Source of the DNA: Planctomycetota bacterium | GTDB lineage: Bacteria > Planctomycetota > JAJSAM01 > JAJVHW01 | Direction of reading: 5' to 3' | DNA: 64,000 bases | Assembly (NCBI GenBank): GCA_965248445.1 | Contig: CBDFJG010000002.1 | Location: forward strand, 736,001-800,000 | Shown: piece by piece, positions 28,501-37,606 of the stretch | How the letters are laid out: every line of letters starts with the position of its first letter | Position numbering within the stretch: the first letter of the stretch is position 1 | Notes under the pieces: model-generated | Databases searched by the model: none | Told to the model about the DNA's origin: nothing | Seen by the model: the letters and a program-made list of their open reading frames with translations, nothing else | Position numbers and translations under genes: made by a program

Positions 28501-29297
28501 CACTCGTCCTCCTTCGCGCCCAGCCCCATGTCGGCCAGCCCGGCGTCGAAGTGCTCCTTGTAGCGATCTTCCAGCCCACTGTTGATCGCAACCAGCTCGG
28601 GTCGTCGGCGCAGGAGTGCGACCACGTCGGTCAGGCCCCAATCCCGGCCGAGCGCGTCGAGTTCGGTGTACACGGCGTCGAAGAACGCGAGATCCTCCGG
28701 GTAGTCCAGCGTCATGCGCACCTCGTCGTGCCGGTGGGCATCGCCCATGGCCTCCGGTTCGATGACGCTGAAGAGACCGCTCTCGCGGATGAAACGGAAG
28801 AACCCGGTCTGCGTATCCGAGTAGTCCTTCGTGTCCACCGCGCGCCGGAGCGCGGATGTGCGCAGTACGCTCGGGGTCGCTCCGAGCGGCAACCCTCGGA
28901 ACGAGACCATGTCGACGCCCTCGATCATGGCGAGCTTCACCCCGGCGTCCATGTACGCCGTCGCGCAGAGGAGGTCATCGCCGTCTACCTCGACGACGAT
29001 GTCGAATCCGAACTGCTCTGCGGCCTCGGTGATCCGGAGCAGCACGTCCTCTGTCGAGCCGCGGTACACGCCCAGACCGAGTTGGTCCGCAAGCTCGACG
29101 ATTGCGTCGTCCTCGGCGCCCTCGGTCGTCGCGATTACGACTCGCCCGACTGAGTCTGCCGCGCGTGCGCGGTCGGCCACGCGCGCAAGAGCGGGCTTCC
29201 CCGCGACGTCGCGAAGCGCCTTGCCGGGCAGCCTGCTGGCGGCCATCCGATACGGGATGACGGCACCGGTCATTTGAGGCTCGGGCAGATCGCTCAT
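28500..29297 (-). CDS. SpsF-like cytidylyltransferase
   Basis: RMAASRLPGKAL, YRGSTEDVLLR, RMTLDYPEDL. Confidence 0.85.
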   Translation of the reverse strand: MSDLPEPQMTGAVIPYRMAASRLPGKALRDVAGKPALARVADRARAADSVGRVVIATTEGAEDDAIVELADQLGLGVYRGSTEDVLLRITEAAEQFGFDIVVEVDGDDLLCATAYMDAGVKLAMIEGVDMVSFRGLPLGATPSVLRTSALRRAVDTKDYSDTQTGFFRFIRESGLFSVIEPEAMGDAHRHDEVRMTLDYPEDLAFFDAVYTELDALGRDWGLTDVVALLRRRPELVAINSGLEDRYKEHFDAGLADMGLGAKEDE

Positions 29298-29353
29298 GGG
29301 CGCGGTTCCTTATACCCGCACGCCCGGCTCGCGACGGCGGCCTGGCGGCGGGT

Positions 29354-29728
29354 TCAGCGAATGACCGCGCTCCGGTACTTGGAGCGGATCCCGTCGATCC
29401 CCTCAACGGGATCGACGAACTCGTACAAGTGCAAGTCGAACACAGGCAGCGAGCGCGCGCGCGCCAGACGGCGCGCCTCTGCCTCGACCGCCACGGACTC
29501 GTCGTGCACGACTTCGGCGACGTAGAACTGGACCCTCCCATGGGCGACACGCGTCCAGGTCGACGCGCCATCGGGCACGATGCCGCTCTGGTCGAGGGCC
29601 GCCTCGAGTTCCTCGAACTCCGGCGGCACTGACGTGTATCGCGTCATCCCGGGGTACAGGGAGCAGTTCGCCGCGAGGAGAAACACGAGTCCGAGGCCGC
29701 AGAGCGCCAGAGCCGCCAGGCGATTTAT
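29354..29728 (-). CDS. Small exported/membrane hypothetical protein (start uncertain; ATA at 29728)
   Basis: Hydrophobic N-terminus NRLAALALCGLGLVFLLAANC then a soluble domain; fills the gap between co-oriented genes. Confidence 0.4.
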   Translation of the reverse strand: MNRLAALALCGLGLVFLLAANCSLYPGMTRYTSVPPEFEELEAALDQSGIVPDGASTWTRVAHGRVQFYVAEVVHDESVAVEAEARRLARARSLPVFDLHLYEFVDPVEGIDGIRSKYRSAVIR

Positions 29729-31608
29729 GCCGCTTCCCCCGCCTGGCGGCGCCAGAGCATGGCGTAGATGCCGTCCTTCCGTAGCAGGTCGTCGTGCGTC
29801 CCGCGCTCCGCGACGGACCCGTGATCCAGCACGACGATCTCGTCTGCCATCGCGATCGTCGAGAGCCGGTGAGCGATGGCCACGATCGTCATGTCCGAAC
29901 GCAGTTCCTCGAAAGCCTCCTGGACGATGCGTTCGGACTCGCTGTCGAGTGCGCTGGTCGCTTCGTCGAGCACCAGGATCGAGGGTTCGCGCACGAGCGC
30001 GCGGGCGATCGCGAGCCGCTGCCGCTCGCCGCCGGACAGCCGCGTGCCGCGCTCCCCCACGATGGTGTCGTAACGGTTCGGCAGGCCGTCGATCACGTCG
30101 GCGACGTGCGCGGCGCTCGTCGCGCGCTGGATCTCGTCCGGCGTCGCATCGAGCTTGCCGAAGCGAATGTTCTCCGCCACCGACGCGTTGAACACGAACG
30201 CGTCCTGGTCCACGAGTCCGACGGCGCCCCGCCAGTCCTTGAGCTTCAGGTCCGCGAGCGGAGTGCCGTCGGCGCGGATCTCGCCGGAGGTCGGTTCGTA
30301 GAGGCGGAGCAGCAGGTTGACGATCGACGACTTGCCCGCCCCGGACGGCCCGACAAACGCCACCATCTTGCCCCGCGGGACCTTGAACGACACGCCGGAC
30401 AGCGCCGTCGTCCCGTCGTCGTACTTCATCTCGACGTTCTCGAACTCGAGCGCGTCCTTCAGTTCGGGGAACGCGTTCCGTCCCGACTCGACGTAGGCCT
30501 TGTCGTCCCGTCGCAGCATCGCCGCGACGCGCTCGCTCGGCGGCCATTTGTGTTGGATGGTGGCCACCATCGTGCCGATCCCGTTCACCAGGCTGAGGAT
30601 GCGCTGCAGTGCGAGTACGTACATCACGACGGTGCCGAGGTCTTCGTTGAACCAGACGTACCCGCCGCAGAGCACCAGGCCGACGGCGAGCGCGCCGATC
30701 ACACGCTGGAGCGGCGAGGCCACGGCACGCAGGAAGAGCCCGCGGCGCTTGATGGACACGCTCTCGTCGATCTCCGCGTCCACGACGTCGACGGCGTAGT
30801 CCTTGCGCGCATACGTGTGGACCTGCCGCAGCCCGCCGAGGAACTCGAGCGTGTGCTCGTTCAGCTTCTTGCTGGCCCGCACGTGCGCCGTCGCTTCGCG
30901 GCGGATCGAGATCATGAGACGGCGGAGCGGCCACGCCAGGAGCAGAAGCAGCGCGAGCACACCGAGCGCCATGCGCCACGAGCCCCAGATCATGCTCATC
31001 GCGACGAAGGCGACAGTGATCACGTGGCCGATCAGCGCCGAGTAGTGCGTCACCTGCGCCGACGCGGGGTTCAGCTCGTTCAAGTACTGGACGAGATCAC
31101 CCGTCCGGTAGCGCGTCATGTGGCCGTAGCGCATGCCGACGAACTGCCGGAACATCTTGCGCCGCATGTCGCGGTACGCCGACATGCTGACGTGGATCGA
31201 GATCCACTTCGACCCGAGCTGGATCAGCGGCTGGAGGATCCGCAGCGCCACCAGGATGCCGATGAGCGCCAGCGTGAAGTTGCGTTTGGAGAGCTCCGCG
31301 CGGAGGTCGCTCAGGTATCCACCGACCCAGCCCAGTGCGTTCAGCGTCTTCGTGAGGCTGTCCCCGCCGGACGCGACCTCGAACGCATCGACGACCAGCT
31401 TGTAGGTCATCAGCTCGGCGGCCACGAGCATGCCCAGGACGATCGAGAGCCCGATCGTTACGATCGCGGCGCTCCGGTGCCGCCAGAGGTGCCCGCGCAG
31501 GAACGCCGCCGTGTACGAGCCCCCACCCGTCAAGGCGCGGATCACCTTGTGGATGCCGCCCTTCTGGGGTCCGGGCGGGAGGTCGTCGGGCGGGGTCTGG
31601 TCGCTCAT
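29725..31608 (-). CDS. ABC exporter, fused permease/ATPase (MsbA/PglK-like, possible glycan flippase)
   Basis: TM domain plus GPSGAGKS, LSGGERQR, LVLDEATSALD, IAHRLST. Confidence 0.9.
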   Translation of the reverse strand: MSDQTPPDDLPPGPQKGGIHKVIRALTGGGSYTAAFLRGHLWRHRSAAIVTIGLSIVLGMLVAAELMTYKLVVDAFEVASGGDSLTKTLNALGWVGGYLSDLRAELSKRNFTLALIGILVALRILQPLIQLGSKWISIHVSMSAYRDMRRKMFRQFVGMRYGHMTRYRTGDLVQYLNELNPASAQVTHYSALIGHVITVAFVAMSMIWGSWRMALGVLALLLLLAWPLRRLMISIRREATAHVRASKKLNEHTLEFLGGLRQVHTYARKDYAVDVVDAEIDESVSIKRRGLFLRAVASPLQRVIGALAVGLVLCGGYVWFNEDLGTVVMYVLALQRILSLVNGIGTMVATIQHKWPPSERVAAMLRRDDKAYVESGRNAFPELKDALEFENVEMKYDDGTTALSGVSFKVPRGKMVAFVGPSGAGKSSIVNLLLRLYEPTSGEIRADGTPLADLKLKDWRGAVGLVDQDAFVFNASVAENIRFGKLDATPDEIQRATSAAHVADVIDGLPNRYDTIVGERGTRLSGGERQRLAIARALVREPSILVLDEATSALDSESERIVQEAFEELRSDMTIVAIAHRLSTIAMADEIVVLDHGSVAERGTHDDLLRKDGIYAMLWRRQAGEAA

Positions 31609-31705
31609 CAAGGCGCCGTGTGCGCGGGGGCAGAGTCTCCCAGAGCCCGCCGCCTCGGAGCAGAAACCGGTTCCGGCCGAGCATGCCTCCGTATCATCCG
31701 AGCCC

Positions 31706-32692
31706 ATGGCCCCTGAATCCGCGGCACAGCCCCTCCCCCCACCCGTGTTCGTGTGCGGCTTCCCCAAGTCGGGCACGACGCTGCTGACGTCGCTCCTGGA
31801 CGGACATCCAGAGCTGCTGGTCTTCCCGGTCGAGGCGCGCCTGTTCCGGACGCTCAAGAACGCGGAGCCACCCGAGTGGCTCACCTACACGCTCGAGTGG
31901 TCGGGCGTGCGCAAGCTGGTGGACCTCTCGACGTACTCGGACGACGTGGCGGCGCCGTTCCGCGACGTGGACCAGGCGCGCTTCCGCGAACTCGTCTCGG
32001 CTCGCTGGGAAGCCTCGGGGCGCACCCCCCGCGACTTGCTGGAGGGATGCGTCACGGCGTACGCAGAGACCGAGGGTCTCGCCACCGATCGCCCGTGGGT
32101 CGAGAAGTCGCCCGAGCAGGAACACGTCCTGCCGCAACTCGCCGAGTGGTGGCCCGGCCTGCGGGTGATCTACATCGTGCGGGACCCGCGGAGCGCGTTC
32201 GCGGCGTTCCGCAAGAAGCGCAGGACGCGGGGCGATGACCTGCTGCTCGAACGCTTCGTCGCCCGCTGGAGCAAGAGCGTCCGTTGCGCGGAGCGCCACG
32301 CCGCTGCACATCCGACGCACGTCGTCCGCTTCGAGGATGTGACGGGCGACCCGCGGCCGACACTGACCGCCGTCCGGGAGTTTCTCGGTATCGCGTGGAG
32401 CGACACGCTTCTCGAGCCGACGATCCGTGGACGAAGCTGGGCCGGCAACTCTATGTTCGGCGAACAGCACGAGGGCATCTCCACTGCCCCCGCCGAGCGG
32501 TGGCGCGAACGACTCGAGGCGCCGGAGGTCCGGTTCATCGAGGCGTGGCTGGGTCCGGTGATGCGCCGGGTCGGTTACACGCCCGAGCTGACGTCCTCGA
32601 GCGTCGCCGCACGCGCGCGGGAGATCCTCCAAGGCGGCGATCGCGGCCTGCGCGTCAAGGCGCAGATGATCCGCGCACTGCTGACCGACTAG
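31706..32692 (+). CDS. Sulfotransferase family protein
   Basis: FVCGFPKSGTTLL..LDGHPEL, WVEKSP, IVRDPR, VRFED. Confidence 0.85.
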   Translation: MAPESAAQPLPPPVFVCGFPKSGTTLLTSLLDGHPELLVFPVEARLFRTLKNAEPPEWLTYTLEWSGVRKLVDLSTYSDDVAAPFRDVDQARFRELVSARWEASGRTPRDLLEGCVTAYAETEGLATDRPWVEKSPEQEHVLPQLAEWWPGLRVIYIVRDPRSAFAAFRKKRRTRGDDLLLERFVARWSKSVRCAERHAAAHPTHVVRFEDVTGDPRPTLTAVREFLGIAWSDTLLEPTIRGRSWAGNSMFGEQHEGISTAPAERWRERLEAPEVRFIEAWLGPVMRRVGYTPELTSSSVAARAREILQGGDRGLRVKAQMIRALLTD

Positions 32693-32699
32693 ATCGCGA

Positions 32700-33899
32700 T
32701 CAATCGGCGAGCAGCAGCGCGACGCGGGGCCGGCTGAGGTACTGCGTTGCGAACCGGCGCACGTCCTCGTGTGCATGTTCGGCTGCCATCTTCCGCACCA
32801 GGGCCCACGACTCGGGGGTGTCGATCTGTGCCAGCGCCCAGACGGCCGCCTTCCGCTCATTCTGCGACTTGGCGGTGTTCACCACCGTGCGCAGGGGTTC
32901 TCGCGCTGCGTCGAGGTGCGACCGCTCCGCGTCGAGCGGCACGGCGTCATCGGCCGGGGCGCGGCGGACCGCGCGTGCCAAGAGACCGAGGCCGTGCGCG
33001 GACTCCACACGCACCTCGACCGACGGATCGCGCAAGAACAACAGGAGCTGGGCGAGCGCCTCGGGGCGCTCGAGGCGCCCGAGTGCGTTCGCGATGTCCT
33101 GCCGCTGCGCAGTCGTCGCCCCTTTGAGCTCGCCCACGAGTGTCTGCACGAGCGCCGGCGTCGCGCGCAACGCAAGCGAGTGCGTGATGTGGCGGCGCAG
33201 GTGCCGGCTCGACGGGTCCAGCAGCCGGGCCACGAGCGCGGCGTCCGCGCGGTCGTCGCCCAGTACGCCGGCGAGCAGGATCGAAGCAAGATCCGCATCC
33301 GGCTTGCGGGGCCGCGCAATCGCCGTGCTGACCTCGGCTCGCTGTGCGTTGGTGAGAGCCGCGTGCAGATCCGTCCGCCGTAGGAGATCGCGACCCGCGG
33401 AGAACGGCACACCGCTCGACTCGCTCGCCAGAGACGACACGAGGTGGGCGCGGAGAGCCGAGGCGTCTTCTTCCCGTTCCGGCGCGCCGAGGGACGCCAC
33501 GTACGCCCGGGTGTACGCGACGAGCGGCGCTGCCTCCTCGCCGGCGGTCTTTCGCACGCCGTACGTCGAGGACAGCGGTGTGTAGACCGCGTCCTCACCG
33601 GCGGCCGCCAGGACCATGTACTCCGCGCCCACCAGGAGGCCAGCGGGACGTGTACGCAGCCGGATCTCCAGCGGGACGCCGCTCCCGCGCCAGCGCTCGG
33701 TGACGCGAAGCGTCCACGTCCCCTCGCCTTCGGCGGGCGCCACGGCCTCGGCCAGACCCACGAAGTCGGCGCGCTCCGCCATCGAGCCGAGCGTGATGGC
33801 GTCCGTCTCCTGGGTCTCGGCACCGGCCGGCACCACGGCCAGAAGAGTGAGCAGGACCGCGGCCGGAGCCAGCTTCGTCATGGCGGTATCGGTACGCAT
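32700..33899 (-). CDS. Secreted HEAT-repeat protein
   Basis: Signal peptide (LAPAAVLLTLLAVVPAGA); HEAT units IANALGRL, LRDPSVEVRVESAHGLG, AAVWALAQI. Confidence 0.7.
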   Translation of the reverse strand: MRTDTAMTKLAPAAVLLTLLAVVPAGAETQETDAITLGSMAERADFVGLAEAVAPAEGEGTWTLRVTERWRGSGVPLEIRLRTRPAGLLVGAEYMVLAAAGEDAVYTPLSSTYGVRKTAGEEAAPLVAYTRAYVASLGAPEREEDASALRAHLVSSLASESSGVPFSAGRDLLRRTDLHAALTNAQRAEVSTAIARPRKPDADLASILLAGVLGDDRADAALVARLLDPSSRHLRRHITHSLALRATPALVQTLVGELKGATTAQRQDIANALGRLERPEALAQLLLFLRDPSVEVRVESAHGLGLLARAVRRAPADDAVPLDAERSHLDAAREPLRTVVNTAKSQNERKAAVWALAQIDTPESWALVRKMAAEHAHEDVRRFATQYLSRPRVALLLAD

Positions 33900-33900
33900 G

Positions 33901-36900
33901 TCACTGCCCCTCGTCGTAGACCTGCCGGTGCCGCAGGTAGCCGTCGTCGTAAGGGTTGAACGACTGGAAATCCGTCCCTGTCGAGATCCGGTCATCGACG
34001 GATGACGCCGGCGCCATGATGTCGTTGCCCAGATAGTCGATGTGCCGGCCCGTGTTGGGGCTCCCCGACGTCGCCTCGGTGAACGTGTTGTTGCGGTGCG
34101 CCCAGCCGAAGCTGCCCGTCTTCGGTGAGCCGTTGGCCGTCGTGCCGACGCCGTGCCCCATCTCGTGCGCGAGCACGCCGGAGACGGACATCGCGGAAGC
34201 CTCGATCGCGTCGTAGATGTCGTCGTAGCGGTCGTTCTCCTGCTGGGTGTTGCCGCCGGCAGCGCGGTTGAAGCTCCCCGCGAGGACATTGTCGTCCAGC
34301 GAGTGCTCGCCGACGGGCGCTCCCCCCTTCGCCGTCTGGAATTTGCCCGTCACGCGCACGCCCCACGAGGTCAGCGTCGTGCTGACGTTCATTGTCGCCT
34401 TGAACATGTTGATGCAGAACACGCCGGTGTTGTTTCCGGCCGCGGCCGCACCGTTGATGTTCGCCTCTTCGCGCTGGTCGCGAATGTCGGTGAACGCCGT
34501 GCCGACCGTCCCGAAGAACGACGTGCCGGCGCCGTTCGGCCCGGTGTCGCCGCCGATGTCCATCTCGCTGAACGCCTTGGCGCTGTTGGAAGATTCGACG
34601 GTCGACAGGGTCGGTGCCGACGCCAGCGATCCCTGCTCCCCGATGAGCAACAGCTCGACGTTAGGGTCATCCGCGTCGTGCGTGCCGTCTTCGGCAATGC
34701 CGAAGCGGACTCTCGTGATCGCACGCAGCCGCTCCATGAACAGCCTCCGCACGATCGCGTTGGTTCCGGTCGAAGCGCCGTTCGTTGCGGCTGCGGCCGC
34801 AGCGGTCATGCTCGCGGTGTTCAATCCGTTGATCCGCAGCGCCTCGTCGAGGTCGATCGTGCCGTTCGCCCCGGCCGTCGTCGTGACGGACTGCGTCGAA
34901 CCGTTCGTGGAGTAGCCCGTCGTGTATGCGTCGATGTCGTCGCGCAGTATCCATGTGCGGCGAGCGTCGAAGGGATCGAGGTCCCCGCCCTGGTTGGACG
35001 TCGTGTTGATGTCCACGACGTCGAACGTCACGACGGTCGACACGGAGTTGCCCGCCGTGTCGTCGATCGCGACGGTCAGCGTGACGTCGTCTCCGGCGGT
35101 GAATGGCTCGCCGGCACCGACGCGCCAGATGGCGCGCGTGCTGGAGACGTCGAACTTCCCGGCCAGTTCGCCGCCCGCGCCGATCGCACCGACCGTCACG
35201 CTCGCGAGCGCACTGAAGGTGGACTCGTCGATGCCGGCCGGCCCGACGTCGTCGAAGTCGACGCGCACCTCCCAACCAGTCCTTGGCAGGAAGAGGTCGT
35301 AGGCGGCGTTGCCACCGGGTGCCAACGGATTGCCCACCGGGTCCGAGTCGTTCCCGAGGATGTACGATCCCGAGCCGTCCATGTCGGCCCGAATGTCGTC
35401 GAAGCGCACGCGGTCGATCACCGGGTCGCTCACGTCGGTTCCGTCCGACGTCGAGAACGTGCGCACCTGGGCGCCGATCGCGTTGCCGCTCAGGTCCGCG
35501 AGCGGAGGACCGTAGTCCACCGTGTACACCGTGTTCAGGTCGAGTTCGATCAGCGGCTTCAGTGTCACCGTCCGGATGTCGCTCGAGAGCTCGAGCACGG
35601 TCGGCCACACCGTCGCGCCGCTACGCAGCCGCACCGACGTCGTGTTCACCGAGAGAGGATCCAGGTCCTCTCCGAAGGTCAGCGAGACAGCGGTCGTCGG
35701 GGAGATCCCCGTCGACATGTGTGTCGGCACCGACGAGGTCAGACCGGGCGCCGTGCTGTCGGCGATCGCACCGAGAGTGAAGAACCACTGGTCGTTGTTC
35801 CCGGCCGCGGAGAGCCGCTCCGGCACGAGGGGCGCCGCGGCGTCGGACTTCACCGCGGTCGCCACGTCGAGGATGTAGCGCCCGGTGTTGTTCACGGGGA
35901 GGTTGCCGCCGGTCGTTCGTGAGAACACGAGGAAACGGCGGTCGGCTCCGAAGCCGATCGTCCGCTGATTCACGAACGACGCACCTGCCTCGAACCAGAA
36001 GCAGTGCGTGCCGGTCGTCCCTCCCGAGATAGCCGTGGCCGTGTTCGCTGGTCCGGAGAGGCGCAGCACCCCACTCTTCAGGTTTGACGGGGCACCCGTC
36101 GAGCCCTGCGCGGGGAACGACTCGATCGGGCTGAACAGCGTCAGGTCGGCGTCGTACGCGTAACCATCGGCGAGAGTCTCTGCGTCCGGTGTTCCGCCCG
36201 GATCGTTGGTGACGATCACATCGACGGGCGTGGACGCGGTGGTCGACGTGGTTGCGGCCCCGGCGTTCGCGGGCTCGGCCGGCAGCGGCACTTCGCACAC
36301 GATCACCGTGTCGCTGATCCTCTTCGCGAACGGCGCAGGCTCTCCGCCGAAGCGAACCTCTGCGCCACGCAGGAAGCCGGTGCCGTAGACGGTCACCCGC
36401 TCCCCACCGGCGGCCGAACCCGTCGGCGGGACCACCTCGGTGACGGCCAGATTGTCGGGCGGCGGCGGAGGTGGCGGTACGTCCGTCACCTCCAACGAGT
36501 CGGTGAGAGTCGACTGACCCAGCGACGTCGTGTACATGAAGTCGCGGTCGCCCACGGCCGCCCCGCCGGCGGCGGTCACGGTCATGGCCGCGGACGTGCC
36601 ACCGGCGTTCGGCGTCGGCCCGCTGTTCACGGTGAGGCCGGCACCTTGGTACACGGCCGCGAGAGCGTCACCGTCGAGGCGCGTGCCCGTGATCGTCACT
36701 GCGACCGGGCCCGTGCCCTGCTGGATCGCCGGCGGCGAGGTCCCTGTGACGGTGGGCGGGCCGTAGAACTCGTGGATCGTCTTTGGCGCCTTCGGGAACT
36801 TCGCCGTGATCTTGATCGTGTAGGCGCCAAGCTTGTCGCCTTCCGACACGATGCGGACGCGCTGTGCCCCGAACGCAGTCGTCACGGCCTTCTTGATCGT

Positions 36901-37530
36901 CTCGCCCTTGCTCGTGGTCTTGCGCTTCACCGGCAACGCGAGCGAGATCGGGACGTCGTCGGGACCCAGGATCTCCTGGATGCGCGGGACGACCTCCTCG
37001 CCCTTGCTCGCCTTCACCTTGACGCTGAGCTGCGCACCGACCGGTGCCTCCACCACGAACTCGTCCACCTCGGCCACGCCGTCGATGGACGCCGCCTGCT
37101 TCGGCAGCTTGGGCGGCGGCTTCACCTTGGTCTTGAGCGAGTACGCGCCACTCGGTCCTTCGACGCGTCCTCGGACCACGAAGAACCAGGTGCCCGTGGT
37201 CGGTGTCAGCCACTTCTTGATCGCGCCGGTCTTCGTCTTCTCCTTGAGCATCGGCGGCCCGACGCCGACGTCGTTGAATCCGTCATCGAGGATCGCAACG
37301 GTGGGAGCCAGGTTGCTGCCCTTGGTCCGCTTCGCCGTGAACGTCACCTGCGAGCCCGCGATGAGCTGCACCAACGCACGATTCTCGACGCCGTCGAGGA
37401 GGATCTCGCCGGCGCCCTTCTGCCCCGGGATCAGCTCGTCCCCGTGGGCGGCAAGGCCAGCCACAAGGACCAGAACTGAGGCCAAGACCGGCGCGCTGAC
37501 CGAGCGACTGGGCTTCGCATCTGTGCTCAT
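33901..37530 (-). CDS. Large secreted multidomain protein: Lys-rich N-terminal beta domains, IPT/TIG and Ig-like (Big_5) domains, C-terminal HExxH motif
   Basis: Signal peptide; VPPTGSAAGGERVTVYGTGF..VRFGG (IPT); DSTAP...VSLTFGEDLDPLSV..LADLSGN (Big_5); VLAHEMGHGVG. Confidence 0.75.
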   Translation of the reverse strand: MSTDAKPSRSVSAPVLASVLVLVAGLAAHGDELIPGQKGAGEILLDGVENRALVQLIAGSQVTFTAKRTKGSNLAPTVAILDDGFNDVGVGPPMLKEKTKTGAIKKWLTPTTGTWFFVVRGRVEGPSGAYSLKTKVKPPPKLPKQAASIDGVAEVDEFVVEAPVGAQLSVKVKASKGEEVVPRIQEILGPDDVPISLALPVKRKTTSKGETIKKAVTTAFGAQRVRIVSEGDKLGAYTIKITAKFPKAPKTIHEFYGPPTVTGTSPPAIQQGTGPVAVTITGTRLDGDALAAVYQGAGLTVNSGPTPNAGGTSAAMTVTAAGGAAVGDRDFMYTTSLGQSTLTDSLEVTDVPPPPPPPDNLAVTEVVPPTGSAAGGERVTVYGTGFLRGAEVRFGGEPAPFAKRISDTVIVCEVPLPAEPANAGAATTSTTASTPVDVIVTNDPGGTPDAETLADGYAYDADLTLFSPIESFPAQGSTGAPSNLKSGVLRLSGPANTATAISGGTTGTHCFWFEAGASFVNQRTIGFGADRRFLVFSRTTGGNLPVNNTGRYILDVATAVKSDAAAPLVPERLSAAGNNDQWFFTLGAIADSTAPGLTSSVPTHMSTGISPTTAVSLTFGEDLDPLSVNTTSVRLRSGATVWPTVLELSSDIRTVTLKPLIELDLNTVYTVDYGPPLADLSGNAIGAQVRTFSTSDGTDVSDPVIDRVRFDDIRADMDGSGSYILGNDSDPVGNPLAPGGNAAYDLFLPRTGWEVRVDFDDVGPAGIDESTFSALASVTVGAIGAGGELAGKFDVSSTRAIWRVGAGEPFTAGDDVTLTVAIDDTAGNSVSTVVTFDVVDINTTSNQGGDLDPFDARRTWILRDDIDAYTTGYSTNGSTQSVTTTAGANGTIDLDEALRINGLNTASMTAAAAAATNGASTGTNAIVRRLFMERLRAITRVRFGIAEDGTHDADDPNVELLLIGEQGSLASAPTLSTVESSNSAKAFSEMDIGGDTGPNGAGTSFFGTVGTAFTDIRDQREEANINGAAAAGNNTGVFCINMFKATMNVSTTLTSWGVRVTGKFQTAKGGAPVGEHSLDDNVLAGSFNRAAGGNTQQENDRYDDIYDAIEASAMSVSGVLAHEMGHGVGTTANGSPKTGSFGWAHRNNTFTEATSGSPNTGRHIDYLGNDIMAPASSVDDRISTGTDFQSFNPYDDGYLRHRQVYDEGQ

Positions 37531-37606
37531 CTGCGCACTCCCCTCGTCGCCCCAACCCTCCGGCCGACGGCTCCATGGTACCGCTTATCCGGCGGCGCGG
37601 CCGGGG

